DNA from: Eledone cirrhosa
Taxonomy: Eukaryota
Assembly: GCA_964016885.1 (NCBI GenBank)
Contig: OZ024756.1
Span: 25,482,001-25,546,000 of the forward strand
Direction of reading: 5' to 3'
Length of the DNA stretch: 64,000 nucleotides
The position numbers and the translations under genes were made by a program. Within the stretch, counting starts at the first letter, position 1. Each line of letters begins with the position of its first letter. The notes under the pieces were generated by a model. That model was given only the letters and a program-made list of their open reading frames with translations, made no database searches and was not told the DNA's origin. This document shows, piece by piece, positions 25,301 through 36,865 of the stretch.

Positions 25301-28300
25301 AGCGACGGCCATAGCAATTTATTTGTGCCCTCAACTGGGTTTTTGGTTTTAGGATGGTTAGAATTTTTTAATTTAATACCTGTATGTATAACTTTTCAAT
25401 TCCAATTACTTGTGTCAAGCTAACTGTGATATGTAAAATTGGAGGATTTGCTGTATATTCTAATTTTTTGTGTATGAGCCAGTTCCCCCCCCCCCCCCCC
25501 TGAAGTGCCCTGGACGTCCCAAGGTCTAAAGCCAACCCTGGTTCTTACATAAAATTATGATGGGAGGGATTTTGGTTTGTTTTTTTAAATAAATATATAT
25601 ATATATATATACGTATATGTAATATTTGTATTTTCTTCTACAGTCTATGCTATTGGCCCATGAGACTTCGAAGGTGTCCTGGTTATCTAAGATCAACCTT
25701 CAACCAGACCCTGAACATTCTGTACTCAGATTATGTCAGAACTGGGACTTCAAGGAGAAAGGTACCACACAATGCCCCTGTGAGCCATCTGTGTACCCAA
25801 ACCAACCACAATATACTGTGAAGGAATCACCACTTGCTATTACTACTGTTATTACAACAACCACAACAACAGCAGTGCTGAATGCAGCAGTAAGTCCTCT
25901 ACAGCATTGCAAAGACTATAATGAATCTGATGACTGCAAGAGCCATCGAAGTGATGCCAGTGGCGATGCTGACTGGGCTAAGACTGCTGGCTTGGAATTC
26001 CAGTCATCGTTTGAATACCCATTGAGGGACAGTGGCATACCGACACGTAAATCAAAACGAAGGAACAAAGGAGCTATTTACAAAAACCTGATTGCTAGTG
26101 GAGCTCTTCCTGCTTCTCGAGAACGTCTGGCTGAGATCCACACCATTTACAAAGTCACCTCAGATGACAGGTAAGACTAAAATTACATACCTATCGTTTT
26201 ATCATCATCATCATCTTCACTGTTTTACGTCCATTCTCCCACGCTAGCATGGGTTAGATGGGTTGTCTTGTGGGCAATGCCAGGTCGAGTGACCATGTCT
26301 TGCCCATACGGGAACTGATTTTGGCTTGATTTCTACAGCTGAATGCCCTCCTAACACCAACCTCATTTACAGTGAGTACCATGGCGCCTATATATATAGA
26401 AGTAGTTCCACAACAGTTAACCGAGCTGATGATCCTACTAAGGTGAAACAATTGTTCTCAGAAATGGTGAATTAACTGTTGTAGTTTGCTTGAAGCACTG
26501 TGGAATAGGAAATACAAATTTAAATAAGTTTAAATATTTGGAAGCCCTATAGTGCGTGCAAGATTAAAAGAGCCAAGATAATAGGAGTTATAGAGAAAAG
26601 AGTGAGGACGATAGAATTTTACCTTAGCAAATTTATTTATCTCAAATATTTTGGGGTTTAAAAACCCATTGTCAAGAGAGGATCCATGTGTAGGTGTTTA
26701 TATATATATATGTATGTGTGTGTATACTATTATTATCATATATACTCAAATATAAGCCGACTCCCAGCCCCCTATTTTATCTGAGAAATGGGCAAAAATC
26801 TCAACCCCATTTAGCTGAAGCTGCGAATCAACACATTGTTTAGATGATGCAGTTTTGAAATTCTCATGAGTCAAGAAAATATTTACGAAGTTTTAATATT
26901 TTGATATTTAAAACATTTTTAAGTGATGTTAAGAATATAGTTTTTGTTTCATAAATCCACTGTGTAGAAAACCTCCAATTGAAAATAAGATAACTCCCTC
27001 CCATATTTTTATAAAATTTTAATAATTAGAAAATAAAAAAGCATGAGAAAATTCTAAATTAATATAATATAAAGAAATGAGATATATTTTTAGTTTAACT
27101 CTTTAGCATTTACATTACTCTATATTTATTATTGTATTTTCATGGTAAAGGCTTTATCTCACATGATATCGAATCTTTGAAATTTTGATATTATTTATTT
27201 TGAGAACAATACCTTAACATCAGTATGAGCGGCAAATTACGGTCGATTTGACAGAAAGAGGTGAGAGAATTCTGGCTAGATGTGGCCAGTTTAAATGCTA
27301 AATTGTTAAAACAAAGATTTGTATTGTAGAACCAGGTGTGGTTTTAAGTAGCCTCAGATTGGTGTCCTTTTTTTTTCTTAAAAAAACCCTTCTATGTCCT
27401 CTATCTCTGCTGGTAATTTCTTTTCTAGCAATGACCTTCATGACTACCACCCACACCAACAGCATCGGCCATATGAACAAACTGGCCGCAAATTGCAACG
27501 GACAATGTCAGAATCGGATTCACAGCTGGACAAACGCTACAAGACTGGGTGAGTATTTTAAGGAAATTTTAGACTTGTTTTCTGGACATATTGTTGGTAC
27601 TGAGGAGATAGGACTAGCAGCCCTCTTGTTAACCTCATTACGATATTTCTGATTAAAACCTGCCTATGATTTTCAAATAGTACCAAAAATAATCAGGGAT
27701 TTAGTAATATAACTAACTTCCATTATTTATCTAGTATTTATAAGGATGAAAGGCAAAGTCAACCTCGGCGTTCAAATCCCGCCGAGGTTGACTTTGCCTT
27801 TCATCCTTACGGGGTCGATAAAATAAAGTACCAGTAATGCACTGGGTAATTGCTGGCCTTGTGCCTAAAGTAGAAACAATTATTTATCTAGTATTTGGGA
27901 CCTAGCTTAACAGCAGTTTGTACAAAAAAACGTATGACAGGTTTTTTTGTTTTTAGATAATTATAGACACTTTAAAATAAACAGTTTTATATCATAGAAC
28001 CAGAGATGTTTTCAGGTGGTTTGGGATCAAAAAGGTGATGATGTATTTTGAACTTTTCAGAGATTTTGACCTGGAGGCTAGAATTGCCACCCTTCCAGCA
28101 TGTTCGATGGACTCATTAGGAAGATCTCGGAAGAATTCTGGAAAACAGAGGACATGTAGTGAAAGTTCTCGACAGACAATCATCAGCTGTTCAACTCCCA
28201 GTAAGTAAATGAGACATTTGTGGGTATTTTTGTTTTTTAAGGACAGGATGGAAGAAGCTTAGGGAGCTGCTTCCTCTGTTGACAACAAAGGGTTTCTCCC

Positions 28301-31059
28301 TACAAATGAGAGGTTGGTTGTATGATGCCTGTGTGAGATGCGCGATTATGCATGGTAATGGGACATGGTCAGCAACTGCAGAGGATATGTGAAGGCTGGA
28401 GAGAAATGAAGCAAGCATGTGCCGATGGATATGCAATGTCAGTGTGCGTGAACAACCAAGCATGGACAAGTTGAGAGTGAAACTGTGTATAAGAGAAATA
28501 AACTGTAGTGTGCAGGAGAGAAGATTGCGTTGGTATGGCCATGTGATGCACATGGAAGATGACTGCTGGGTGAAGAAGTGCCAAGAAATCCTAGTGGAAG
28601 ACCACGAAAAACATGGGTGGAGGTGGTGAGAGCTGACCTCAGATTGCTGAAGCTCACAGAGGAGATGACGAAGGACCGTGACAAATGGAGAAATGCTGTG
28701 CTGACGAGGACCCGGACCAGCCTTGCAAGCAAGGAAAAGCGGATGTAAAATGATGATAATTTCTTATGGCAGCAGATATGGCTGTATGGTTAAGGAGTTT
28801 GCTTCACAATTACATGGTTTCAGTTTGGGGTTCAATCTCACTGTGTGATACCCTGGGTGTGCGTCTTCTACTATCACCCCAGGTTAACTAATATCTTATG
28901 TGTGAAATTTGCTAGGCGGAACTTCAGAAACCTGTCATGTGTGAGTTGTTGGACCTCCGCCATTTCCCACAGTCAGTGCTCCAGCTGATTCAATCGACAG
29001 AACTTCCTGCTTGTGAAATTAACATGTAAGTGGCTGAGCATTCCATAGATATGCACACTCTTTAATGTAGTTCTCAGGGAGATTTAGTGTAACACAATGT
29101 GTGCCAAGGCTGGTCCTTTGATTTAGAGGTACAACTTATTTTTGTTTGCCAGCTGAGTTATGTGTGTGAGAGAGAGTTTGTGTGTGTGCAGGCATAGCTC
29201 TGTGGTTAAGGAATTCACTCTTCAATCACATGGTTTGGGGTTTGGTTCTACTACATGGCACTTTGCACAAATATCTTCTACTATGGCCTAGTGTTAACCA
29301 TAGTCATATGAGTAGAATTTACTTGACAGAAACTGTGGCTTGACTTGTGAAAGAGAGGGAGGGCTTCCGTGACAAAATAAATTTGAAAATTATCTGAAAA
29401 GAGAACAACACATTGTAGTCAATGGCTTATTTCTGTGTATTTTCTTTGTTTCCAGCATTAAAGACAGACATTCTACTGGCTCCCCCACATCGACGGAGAC
29501 AACCTGTTTATCCTCCTGTTGTTGGAAGTCGCAAACGGAAACAACCTCGCGATGGAATCATGCGAATTGTACCCCTATCTAAAGAATACAAACATCCCTT
29601 AGCTAGTAAGTGGTACTTTTTAGTTTGTTTGTTTTTTTGTTGTTTTTTTGGCTAATTGTTACTAACCACTATCGAAAAGAAAAACGAGATGGTACAGTCA
29701 AGATGGGGGACAAGATCTGCTAGGTTGATCAAGACTGTCTTTCAATCTGACATTCTAACAACTTTGCCAATTCCCCGCCTTCACTGAGGTTCATATCATC
29801 ATCATCATCTTTGCTCAATTATTTCTGAGAAGGTTGTTGGGGCAGAGCTTTCAGACATACCTTCCAAAGAGTTCTATCAGAAGCAACCATCTCCTAATGA
29901 TTCAGCTGGTTCCCCAAACAAGACCTACTAGAGTCAATATAATTGATTGAATCAAGATCATGCCCCAGTATGGCCACAGTCTAGTGACTGAAACCAGTAA
30001 ACAAGTGTGGCGTCCCAGCATGGCCACAGTCTAATGACTGAAACCAGTAAAAGAGTAAATTTATTTACCTTTGTTTGTACTGAAATATATTTAATGTTTG
30101 CTTCTAAAAAAATTTATTTTTCTTTTTATTTCCGTCCACTAGATGTACTGAAGACTCCACTTGCTACTTTCTATGTACACCCATCTATGAAGTCCTACCA
30201 AGACTTACAGCTAAACAAGAAATCTGATAACCTTGACATAGCCACCTCAGAATCTGAAAGCAAAGACGATGACTGCTTTGTTGCAAATGCTGCTCTGGCT
30301 GTTGCAAATGGTGCAGAAAATGCAGCAGTGATTCCTGCACAGGCATTGACAATTGACACAAACTGCACTAGGGAGTCTACAGCATTAGGTAGTTATAGTG
30401 AGAGTTTACAGCCAACATCAAAGGAACCCTCTCATGGTGATGGTGTTGGGAATGCATGCACAAAGACAAGTGCTGGAATACTGACCACACCAGTTTTACT
30501 GACTCAGTCTCACTTGAGTCTCCACTCAAGCCCTACTCCACTCGCTACTAACTGGAGCCCAGCAAGCAACCACTCAAGCTGCTGCTACAACGCTGCCTAT
30601 AACAACCACAGTTTGAATATTAGCTGTGATGCTATCCCTAACAACAACACTTCAAACTGCAGCTACCATGTTAACTACAATACAAAAAACAACAGCATTT
30701 CTGCGAACAGCTGCAATGCTGGCTACAATAATAACAGCTATAAAATCACTTATAACAACAACAATAATAATAACAATAACAATAGCTGCTGTACAATTGG
30801 TGTGAATTCAATGGATCCAGTTAGACATGTGAACAATGCTCTATGTTCCAGTGATATTACAAAGAATGGTACCCCGGCACGACCTGGGGCTTTGGAGGTC
30901 AACCAGACTTTACATGTTACCGGTGAACTGAAGGTGAAGGTCGATGACCAGGCCTTGAAGCGGGCTAAACAGAACGAGACCCCTAACCCAGACTTCAAAA
31001 TCTGGATCTCAAACCTTGCCGAAGCCGCAGAAAGGTCCGGACAAATTCCTGTTTGCTAA
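8347..31059 (+). CDS. BBX: HMG-box transcription factor BBX (bobby sox)-like, spliced CDS, about 796 aa
   Basis: join(8347-8541,12371-12539,24474-24646,25644-26170,27429-27548,28061-28200,29456-29605,30143-31059) = 2391 nt. All introns are GT-AG and phases are consistent. HMG box RRPMNSFFIFCKRHRSMVR...YKDAFMKANPDYKW plus BBX-type motifs RKSKRRNKGAIYKNLI, FDLEARIATLP and VGSRKRK. Confidence 0.9.
9085..11190. repeat. ~2.1-kb degenerate tandem array, ~48-49 bp unit, roughly 40 copies
   Basis: Unit cacatttacagcgtggactgggtgctttttatcatgacaccaaaacaac, starting directly after ggctggatgcccttcctaatgccaacc. Confidence 0.9.
11720..12163 (-). mobile_element. Non-autonomous Helitron/Helentron-like element, 5' part
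   Basis: Minus strand begins TCTATATATATAAAA...(GTCT)n...aaaactcgagaagtacccgaccaatttttttcaaacttt, a typical DINE/Helitron-like 5' layout. Confidence 0.55.
12371..12539 (+). CDS. BBX: BBX-like coding exon 2 (HMG box end)
   Basis: tttcag|TATAAAGAT = YKDAFMKANPDYKW; donor G|gtatgt, phase 1. Confidence 0.93.
13290..13645 (-). mobile_element. RTE LINE 3' fragment
   Basis: Minus-strand GRRRPRKTW...DLK and NVSIHE...ELRKKLNVRGI match the RTE C-terminus. Confidence 0.7.
14037..14116. mobile_element. Tc1/mariner-type MITE
   Basis: Imperfect TIRs (gtgtccccaaaaatgtata / tatacatttttgggacaccctgta) in a TA context. Confidence 0.6.
14254..14484. mobile_element. piggyBac-like TTAA MITE (family 1)
   Basis: TTAA-CCCCTTAGCATTTA start. 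Same family at 11377, 23325-23534, 23817-24151, 27095-27308, 43208-43413, 50155, 56694 and 60379-60581. Confidence 0.7.
14600..14890 (+). mobile_element. CR1-clade LINE 3' end
   Basis: FFMLRVAEAWNKLPASVISCRDTASFK is the CR1-type C-terminal WN.LP...FK motif, followed by UTR and (ATT)n. Confidence 0.8.
15420..18862 (+). mobile_element. Near full-length but inactivated RTE-clade LINE (APE endonuclease, RT, Cys-rich segment, (ATG)n tail)
   Basis: GTLTGRSGE...VQEVRW, GDFNGHVG, FVDLEKAFDRVP, GVHQGSVLSPLLF, YLDD at 17913, HGSETW. Many stops and frameshifts. 3' tail gcagggaaaagcagacgtaaaatgatgatgat. Confidence 0.95.
18880..21226 (+). mobile_element. Internally deleted Helitron (Rep/helicase N-terminal remnants, intact 3' end)
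   Basis: Zn-finger remnant MNKICPNCSAKK..GE..G..C.NGKI and FLQNIQKYNSAFQITSFGA...FMPTFKIQGQVYHRI. 3' hairpin ACCTGGA-taac-TCCAGGT (21198-21215) followed by CTAG|T (21223-21227). Confidence 0.85.
21462..21821 (-). mobile_element. tRNA-derived CORE-type SINE with RTE-derived 3' half
   Basis: Very similar to 52983-53316 in reverse: A/B boxes, CORE-like segment and RTE tail. Confidence 0.85.
22087..22272 (-). mobile_element. Penelope-like element terminal fragment with inverted duplication, inserted in (TA)n
   Basis: Perfect 54-bp inverted repeat (22161-22214 / 22219-22272) carrying a hammerhead core; flanked by (TA)n on both sides; related copy at 15021-15130. Confidence 0.6.
22170..22220 (-). 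ncRNA. Minimal type I hammerhead ribozyme motif
   Basis: Minus strand reads AGATTC-CTGATGA-TTTCTAAAGAAT-GAA-ACAG-TTCTAGTC-CTGT-A-GAATCT. This gives the CUGAUGA and GAAA core, a GUA cleavage triplet, 6-bp stem I, 4-bp stem III and a short stem II. Confidence 0.7.
23325..23534. mobile_element. piggyBac-like TTAA MITE (family 1), complete copy
   Basis: TTAA-CCCTTCAGCATTTA ... TAAATGCTAAAGAG-TTAA. Confidence 0.75.
24474..24646 (+). CDS. BBX: BBX-like coding exon 3
   Basis: ttgcag|AT phase-1 entry, MNLLMMAIEQ, donor ATG|gtgagt. Confidence 0.8.
24775..24880. repeat. ~25-bp tandem repeat, 4 copies
   Basis: gttga(g/a)cctg(a/t)ggtatg(g/a)cagttca units. Confidence 0.75.
25233..25540. mobile_element. 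hAT-type MITE
   Basis: CAGGG...CCCTG termini with 8-bp TSD gttctgac / gttcttac. Confidence 0.7.
25644..26170 (+). CDS. BBX: BBX-like coding exon 4
   Basis: ctacag|TCT; contains RKSKRRNKGAIYKNLIASGAL; donor AG|gtaaga, phase 2. Confidence 0.88.
27429..27548 (+). CDS. BBX: BBX-like coding exon 5
   Basis: ttctag|C AAT...RTMSESD...YKT GG|gtgagt; phase 2 in and out; absent from the ORF track in this frame. Confidence 0.8.
27740..27878 (+). mobile_element. 5'-truncated SINE with 30-bp inverted duplication and 18-bp TSD
   Basis: Arms 27741-27770 and 27780-27809; TSD ATTATTTATCTAGTATTT at 27722-27739 and 27879-27896. Confidence 0.85.
28061..28200 (+). CDS. BBX: BBX-like coding exon 6
   Basis: tttcag|A GAT TTT GAC = GDFDLEARIATLP; donor A|gtaagt, phase 1. 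Confidence 0.85.
28241..28760 (+). mobile_element. RTE LINE 3' fragment
   Basis: RTGWKKLRELLPLL...RLRWYGHV and (ATG)n tail; closely similar to 18330-18862. Confidence 0.9.
29456..29605 (+). CDS. BBX: BBX-like coding exon 7
   Basis: ttccag|CA phase 1; VVGSRKRKQPRDGIMRIV; donor A|gtaagt. Confidence 0.85.
30143..31059 (+). CDS. BBX: BBX-like terminal coding exon 8 (Asn/Ser/Cys-rich)
   Basis: cactag|AT phase 1 into the long ORF ending ISNLAEAAERSGQIPVC*. Confidence 0.82.
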
Positions 31060-31557
31060 TCAAACGACATAATTTTTTCACAAACTTGAAATCAAATTGC
31101 TGCGTATGTGAGAGAGAGAACATTGGTGAAGGAGGGAAAACGTTTGTGTGTGTGTGTGTGTGAAAGGAAGAAAGAACATTTGTGTGCATATTTTTTCTCT
31201 CTCTTCATGAGAGAGAGAGAAAAAATATTTGTGTGTGTGAGAGAGGGAGAGAGAACGTTTGTATGTATGAGAGAGGTATGAGTGTGTGTGCTGGTGCAAG
31301 TGTGTTTTAGTGTTTGTTTTTCTTTTCTAACCATATTTTTCCTCCTCCTTCTATCTAATTTACCATTCTTAGTGGATACTTCTATTTTGAAATGCATATT
31401 TAGAAGTATGTATTGTTTTTATTATTACTATTATTATTATTATTATTCAAGGTCTACTTTGCCTTTCATCTTGGGGCCAGTATAATCAACTTTCCCCTCT
31501 CCAAATTGCCAGTGTTGTGGCTAAATCAGAAACCATTAATTATTATTATTATTATTA

Positions 31558-31790
31558 GGGTGCTGGATTGGCAGAATTATTGGAGCACCAGATAAAATGT
31601 TTTTCAGTATTTATTCCAGTTCTTTACGTCCTAAGTTCAAATTCTGCCTAGGTCAACTTTGCCTTTTATCCTTCCAGAGTCAATAAAATAAAGTACCAGT
31701 GAAATACTGGGGCTGATATAATCGACTTTCCCCTCTACCCCAAATTTCTGGCTTTGTGCCTAAAATAGAAATCATCATTATTATTTATTT
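31558..31790 (+). mobile_element. tRNA-headed SINE (family with ctttgcctttcatcc...ataaagtaccag body and (ATT)n tail)
   Basis: B-box-like aagttcaaatt and a body shared with copies at 23900, 27740, 38210, 39510-40380 and 59020-59440. Confidence 0.75.
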
Positions 31791-32415
31791 ATTTATGAAG
31801 ATGTACAGAAATATTTCACAAATATAAACAATCTCTCATGTGCACACACACACATAACCTTACCTCCTTTACTTGGAACCAAGGAGTAAACCTACATTCA
31901 GAGCTCTGTTTTCTACATATATATTGCTAAAGCACACATTTTTCATTCTCCCTCTTTCACCCCAACTCTCACCATATATCATATGCATCATGACAGTGAT
32001 AGTAATGTTATATATGTTGGTATTGATGGCATGTGGCTTAGTGATTAGGACCGTAAGGTTCAGGGTTCAATCCTTGAGCAAGATGCATTATTTCATGTTG
32101 CTTTTCATAATAGGACTGACAGTGTCTATCATTAAAACATGAGAAACTTCCTATGAAATACAACATTGTAGGGAGCCAGCTAAACCCTACATAGGCATGA
32201 GCTGCAATAACAAAATGATAGGACTGGGGCACCTACCATTAAAATCTACAAGAAACCACCAATGAAATACAACCTTATATGAGGCCAGCTAAACCTACGT
32301 AGGTGTGAGCTGTAACAAGATAAGGCTGAACACTCAAGAAACCTCCTATAAGATACAATATTGTAGGAGGTTAGCTAAACCTACCAAGGTATTAGCTGTA
32401 ACATACATGTTGCCA

Positions 32416-32471
<56 letters not shown>

Positions 32472-33847
32472 CTCTAACCTCACTTTTTATACTTTGATAG
32501 TCTCTTGCACAAAAACATACATTCTTTTACTGGATTTAGTCATTTGACTACGGCCATGCCTTAAAAAGATTTTGATCATATCAATCCCAGTACTTAGTTT
32601 TTTCAAGCCTGGTACTTATTTTATTGATATCTTTTTATTGTGTCTATGTGTGTATGTGCATGTGCACTTAAATCACTACTATATTTTTTTAATACATTTT
32701 TAATGGTAGCAGAATGATGATATTGTACTGTGTGTAGTGAAATAACAATAGCTATATGAACTGATAATGGATTCAAGATATGGCAGTGGTGTTGTGAAGA
32801 TATGGCAGTGGTATTGTGAAGATATGGGAGTGGTATTTTATTGTGACATTATAATGATATACAGTGATTCATCATTATTCAAAGATATAACAGAGGTGTG
32901 GAGAAGATATCACAGTGATGTGAATACAATATTATTGTATGATGTCCTAGAGATAAGTGGATGTATATAGTAGTAATGCAGTAGTACAAGAGGGTGTATA
33001 ACAACGATAGTTCTATTACAGTGAAGGAAGCCATAGCCTACATGATATCCTCAGATTAGAGACCTGGTCTGCAACAGACTGGATTCTGTTAAAGGCACCC
33101 AAGGGTCAGGTGGTAGTGTTAAATTAGGGGCAACAGGTCTACCACCAAAACAGAAGTACAGTCCAATCCAGAGGGCTTCCATGCTGTTTCTATATATATA
33201 TAAATTCAAAATAGGGTGTGCACAGGACAAAGACAATGGAAAAAAAACGAAAAAATGGACAGTCCCATCTCAGTCAACCTCTGGAAATCACTACAGTTTC
33301 GGTTTATTTAAGGTCGATACCATTCATTCCAGTGCACATTGGGACATAACAAAACAGGTAGAGACAAGTTATGCCTTTCAGAAAATTACACAAATGTAAA
33401 GTGTGGAAGGGCTTAGCCAAAGGAGATAAAAAGTAAAACAGAAAAGAATAAGGACTGTTGTCCAATGTGTAGACAAAGAGGGACACTAAAGCATAGAAAA
33501 GGTATGAAGGGAGAACGGGAAAACAATATATATATATTTTTTAAAAAAAAGCACTCAAAAAAAAAACAATACATTTTCACTAAATTTTATTAACTCTTAA
33601 CATCCTGTACCACATAAAACCTTTAAAAATACAAAACAGTGACCACATCACATTAAAAGATAAAGTGTACTCTAATACTGCAAAGTTTCACAATGATCTC
33701 TCCACTAGTTAAGATACTATAAACATTTGAATTAACAAACTTGTTTTTAGATATTTTCTACTAAATTATTACTAAATGTTATGAATTGATTACAAAACAC
33801 TGCCCAAACACCTACATTGATGCAGAGGGGAGGAACAGATACTAAAA

Positions 33848-33962
33848 CAACCTACCACCCACTCAAGCCAACATACGATCCACTCAGTCTAACATACCAT
33901 CAACTCAGTCTAACATGCCACTCACTCAAGCCATCATACTACCCACTCAAGCCAACATACCT
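33848..33962. repeat. 21-bp tandem repeat, about 5 copies
   Basis: caacatac.acccactcaagc-like units. Confidence 0.7.
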
Positions 33963-35744
33963 CTTATTGATAAGAACTCCAACAATACAGATATACATAG
34001 TTGACACATCTGACCTGCCCCATCAGCAAAAAATAAAATTAAAAAAGCCTATACCACCCATGCTATGTATGTATGTGTGTGTGTAGCAAGGAAAACAAGG
34101 CACTAAATGATGATGTGTGTGTATATATATATATATATATCTTCATCTTCATAATTTTATGTCTACTTTCCAAGCTGGCATGGGTTGGATGGCTTGACAC
34201 GATCAGAACTAGCTCTATCTTGCTCATATGTTCTATATTTGGCATAGTTTCTACAGCTAGATGTCCTTCCTAATGCCAGCCACCTTACAAGGTGTACTGA
34301 GTGCAATTTTTCATGTCACCAACACCCTACTATATAAATGTCTTTACAAAGGCCGATATATTACTCATATGTATGTATGTATATTTATGTATATTTTCTG
34401 GAATAAGATTTTGTGGATTATGAATTTGAAATATTTTCTTAAATCTTTCATCTCCTTTTCTAAGAGTAATTTCTACATTTCTATGTGCCTCACTTTACTA
34501 ATTCCAGGTGAAGCAGAACTACACCATTCTGTGCCTCAATACACACATACAAAGCCCCTCTCTCTCTCTCTCTCTCTCAACTCCTTTGATACCAACACAT
34601 GCCAGCTCTAGTTCTATGAAACAAAACCACCCATTTTAAAGGGTTCTTACTTAAATTAAAATCTTCCAACATAATTTTATATAAGAAACATATATTAAGT
34701 TACTGTCTTTGCAATGAAGTATTTGATAATTTTAGTAAATCCCTCATTGTTCATCATTAACCATTTTTATACAAATCCAGCCAAAAGCAGTTCTGGTCCT
34801 ATGAAACAAAACCACCCATTTTAATGATATTTGATCTGTAATACTCTTTACTTTCTGAGGTCTGGTGTGGTTAGATTAAATTGTCTCTCAGTTTAACATT
34901 CTCACCTGATTTCATGGGTGCTTTTAGCAGAGATCCTTTTGTTGCAAACATTCAGGTCAAGTCTGAGGTTTGTGGATAACTTCTTCAAGTAGTCTCTGAG
35001 GGATCTTGAAAAAATAAAGGGTTGTGAATGCTGCCCTTTCTTCTTTGATTAAACATCTTCATTGCTATTTTAGTTTTCCTTTTCCCATACTTGCATGAAG
35101 TTGGATGAGTTTTTCCTCTTCCTCCTCCACTTCTGTCCAGGTTTTCCTCAGTCTTTCTCTTCTACTGTCGGTTCCTTCCACTTAGAGCTCTTGTCACATT
35201 CTTCACCCAACAATCATCATCCATAAAAATAGCTCCTTTTCATCATCACATGTTGTGAAATGCCACACATGACCACACTTCATCCCTATGTCCAGTCAGA
35301 TCTGTTAGAGTAAGTTAACTTATTCTCCGTCCTTTTTTAACCCTTTTGATATAACCAACCCAGCCAGAACCACCTCATCTTTCATGATAAAAGGCCATCT
35401 AGTTTTAAGTGTATGTGTGTGTGCATGTCTGTTTTTAGAGGGCTACAGCAATGTGAATAGGACAATAAATGTGTTGGACGTGTTTCATTGGGCCTTCATC
35501 ATATTTAAATTAAAACTGCTCTGTATAATTTTATCTCAAAATATTGTTTATGTTCGAAGTATCAGCTTACTAACAAAATTATTTTCCTAAACCCCACCAG
35601 ATGTTTTATTAACTGAAAATATATTGTCAGTATATCTAATTAGAAATATGTTAATGAAAGGGTTTAAGGTAGTTTGATATCAATAAGATCAGTGATGAAA
35701 AGTAACTGACTGTGCCAGGGCTGTAGTAAAGCAATTACTTGCCC

Positions 35745-35870
35745 TGGACTAGACAACATTTGGAGTTTCCCAGCACCTGATAGGGGTTCTGTACTAGAGG
35801 ACATTTGGGATCTCCAGCACCTGATAGGGGCTCTGTACTAGAGAACATTTGAGATCCCTAGCACCTGCTT
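35745..35870. repeat. ~45-bp tandem repeat, about 3 copies
   Basis: actagag.acatttg.ga.....cagcacctgataggggc units. Confidence 0.7.
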
Positions 35871-35889
35871 TCAAGAACTTTATAAAAAT

Positions 35890-36865
35890 TCTTGGAGCCT
35901 ACACCTGGGTCTCCTGGTTTTGCCATAAAATCTGTCCAGCGATTCTTTCTTGAGACATTCTAATCACATGCCCATAGAATTGGAGCTGTGATGTCTCAAT
36001 TCAAAGTAGTAGTGGCTTTACCTGGAGTGACTTTCTGATATCCAAGCTACGCACTCTATCGAGTAACATTACTCTAAAGACCCTTTGGAGGAACCTCATT
36101 TTAGCCTCTTGTATTTGGGATCATATTCTTTCGGTCATTTATCCAAGATTCATGACCATAGGTAAGGGTTGGCATGAATGCTGAATTGAAGATAGTGAGT
36201 TTGGCTTTTACACCTACCGCCCTTCTGATTACCGAATGCTGAAGCTGGCACATTGCTGCAATTCTTGCACTTAATTCTACCTCCAGCCAACCAAATATTC
36301 ACACTGGCAGCTCTTTGAGGTATATTCAAGAAGTATATTCTTGTTTTGTAGACCTCGAAAAGACATATGACCATGTTCCTTGGGACCTGCTGTGGAAGGT
36401 TGTGCAGTAGTATGGGATCAATGGTCAGCTTCTTGCTGCTCTGTCTCTATATGAATGCCCGAGTGTTCGGATAAATGGTGCTAAATCGAAACCATTCAAT
36501 GTGGGAGTCGGACTCCATCAAGGGTGTGTTCTATCTCCTGTGTGTACCTCTCCTGTTAATTATTTTTAACAGGATTGACATGCTCAGCTGGGTTGGAAGT
36601 GGTATCACGACTGGTGGGTGTAAAATCAGTCGACTGGAATTTGCAGACAACATGGTGTTACTTAACTGGACAGAAAGAGATCTCAGACTTACACTTGATA
36701 GGTTTGATGCTGAGTGCTGTATGGCTGGAATAAAAATCAGTGATGTAAAAACTGAAACACACTTGTCCTCTCAAGGAAGTGTGCAGTGCACTCTACATGT
36801 GAATGGAATTCCACTGAAGCAGGTGGAGAAGTTTGAGTATCTCAGGGCTGTGTTCACGAGAAATT
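35890..36865. mobile_element. RTE-clade LINE (second family) with 5' inversion
   Basis: C-terminal part (PTLTYGHESW...YGHVIRM) is on the minus strand at 35890-36292. RT core (FVDLEK.YD.VP, QGCVLSP, FADNMVLL, EKFEYL) is on the plus strand at 36330-36865. Confidence 0.85.

Noticed and set aside
27338-27652. 104-aa ORF with a signal-peptide-like start
   Set aside because: It overlaps BBX exon 5 in another frame, and the hydrophobic part is the polypyrimidine tract.
30007-30142. N-terminal part of the 350-aa ORF as a stand-alone gene
   Set aside because: It is a SINE tail plus polypyrimidine tract; coding sequence begins at the acceptor at 30143.
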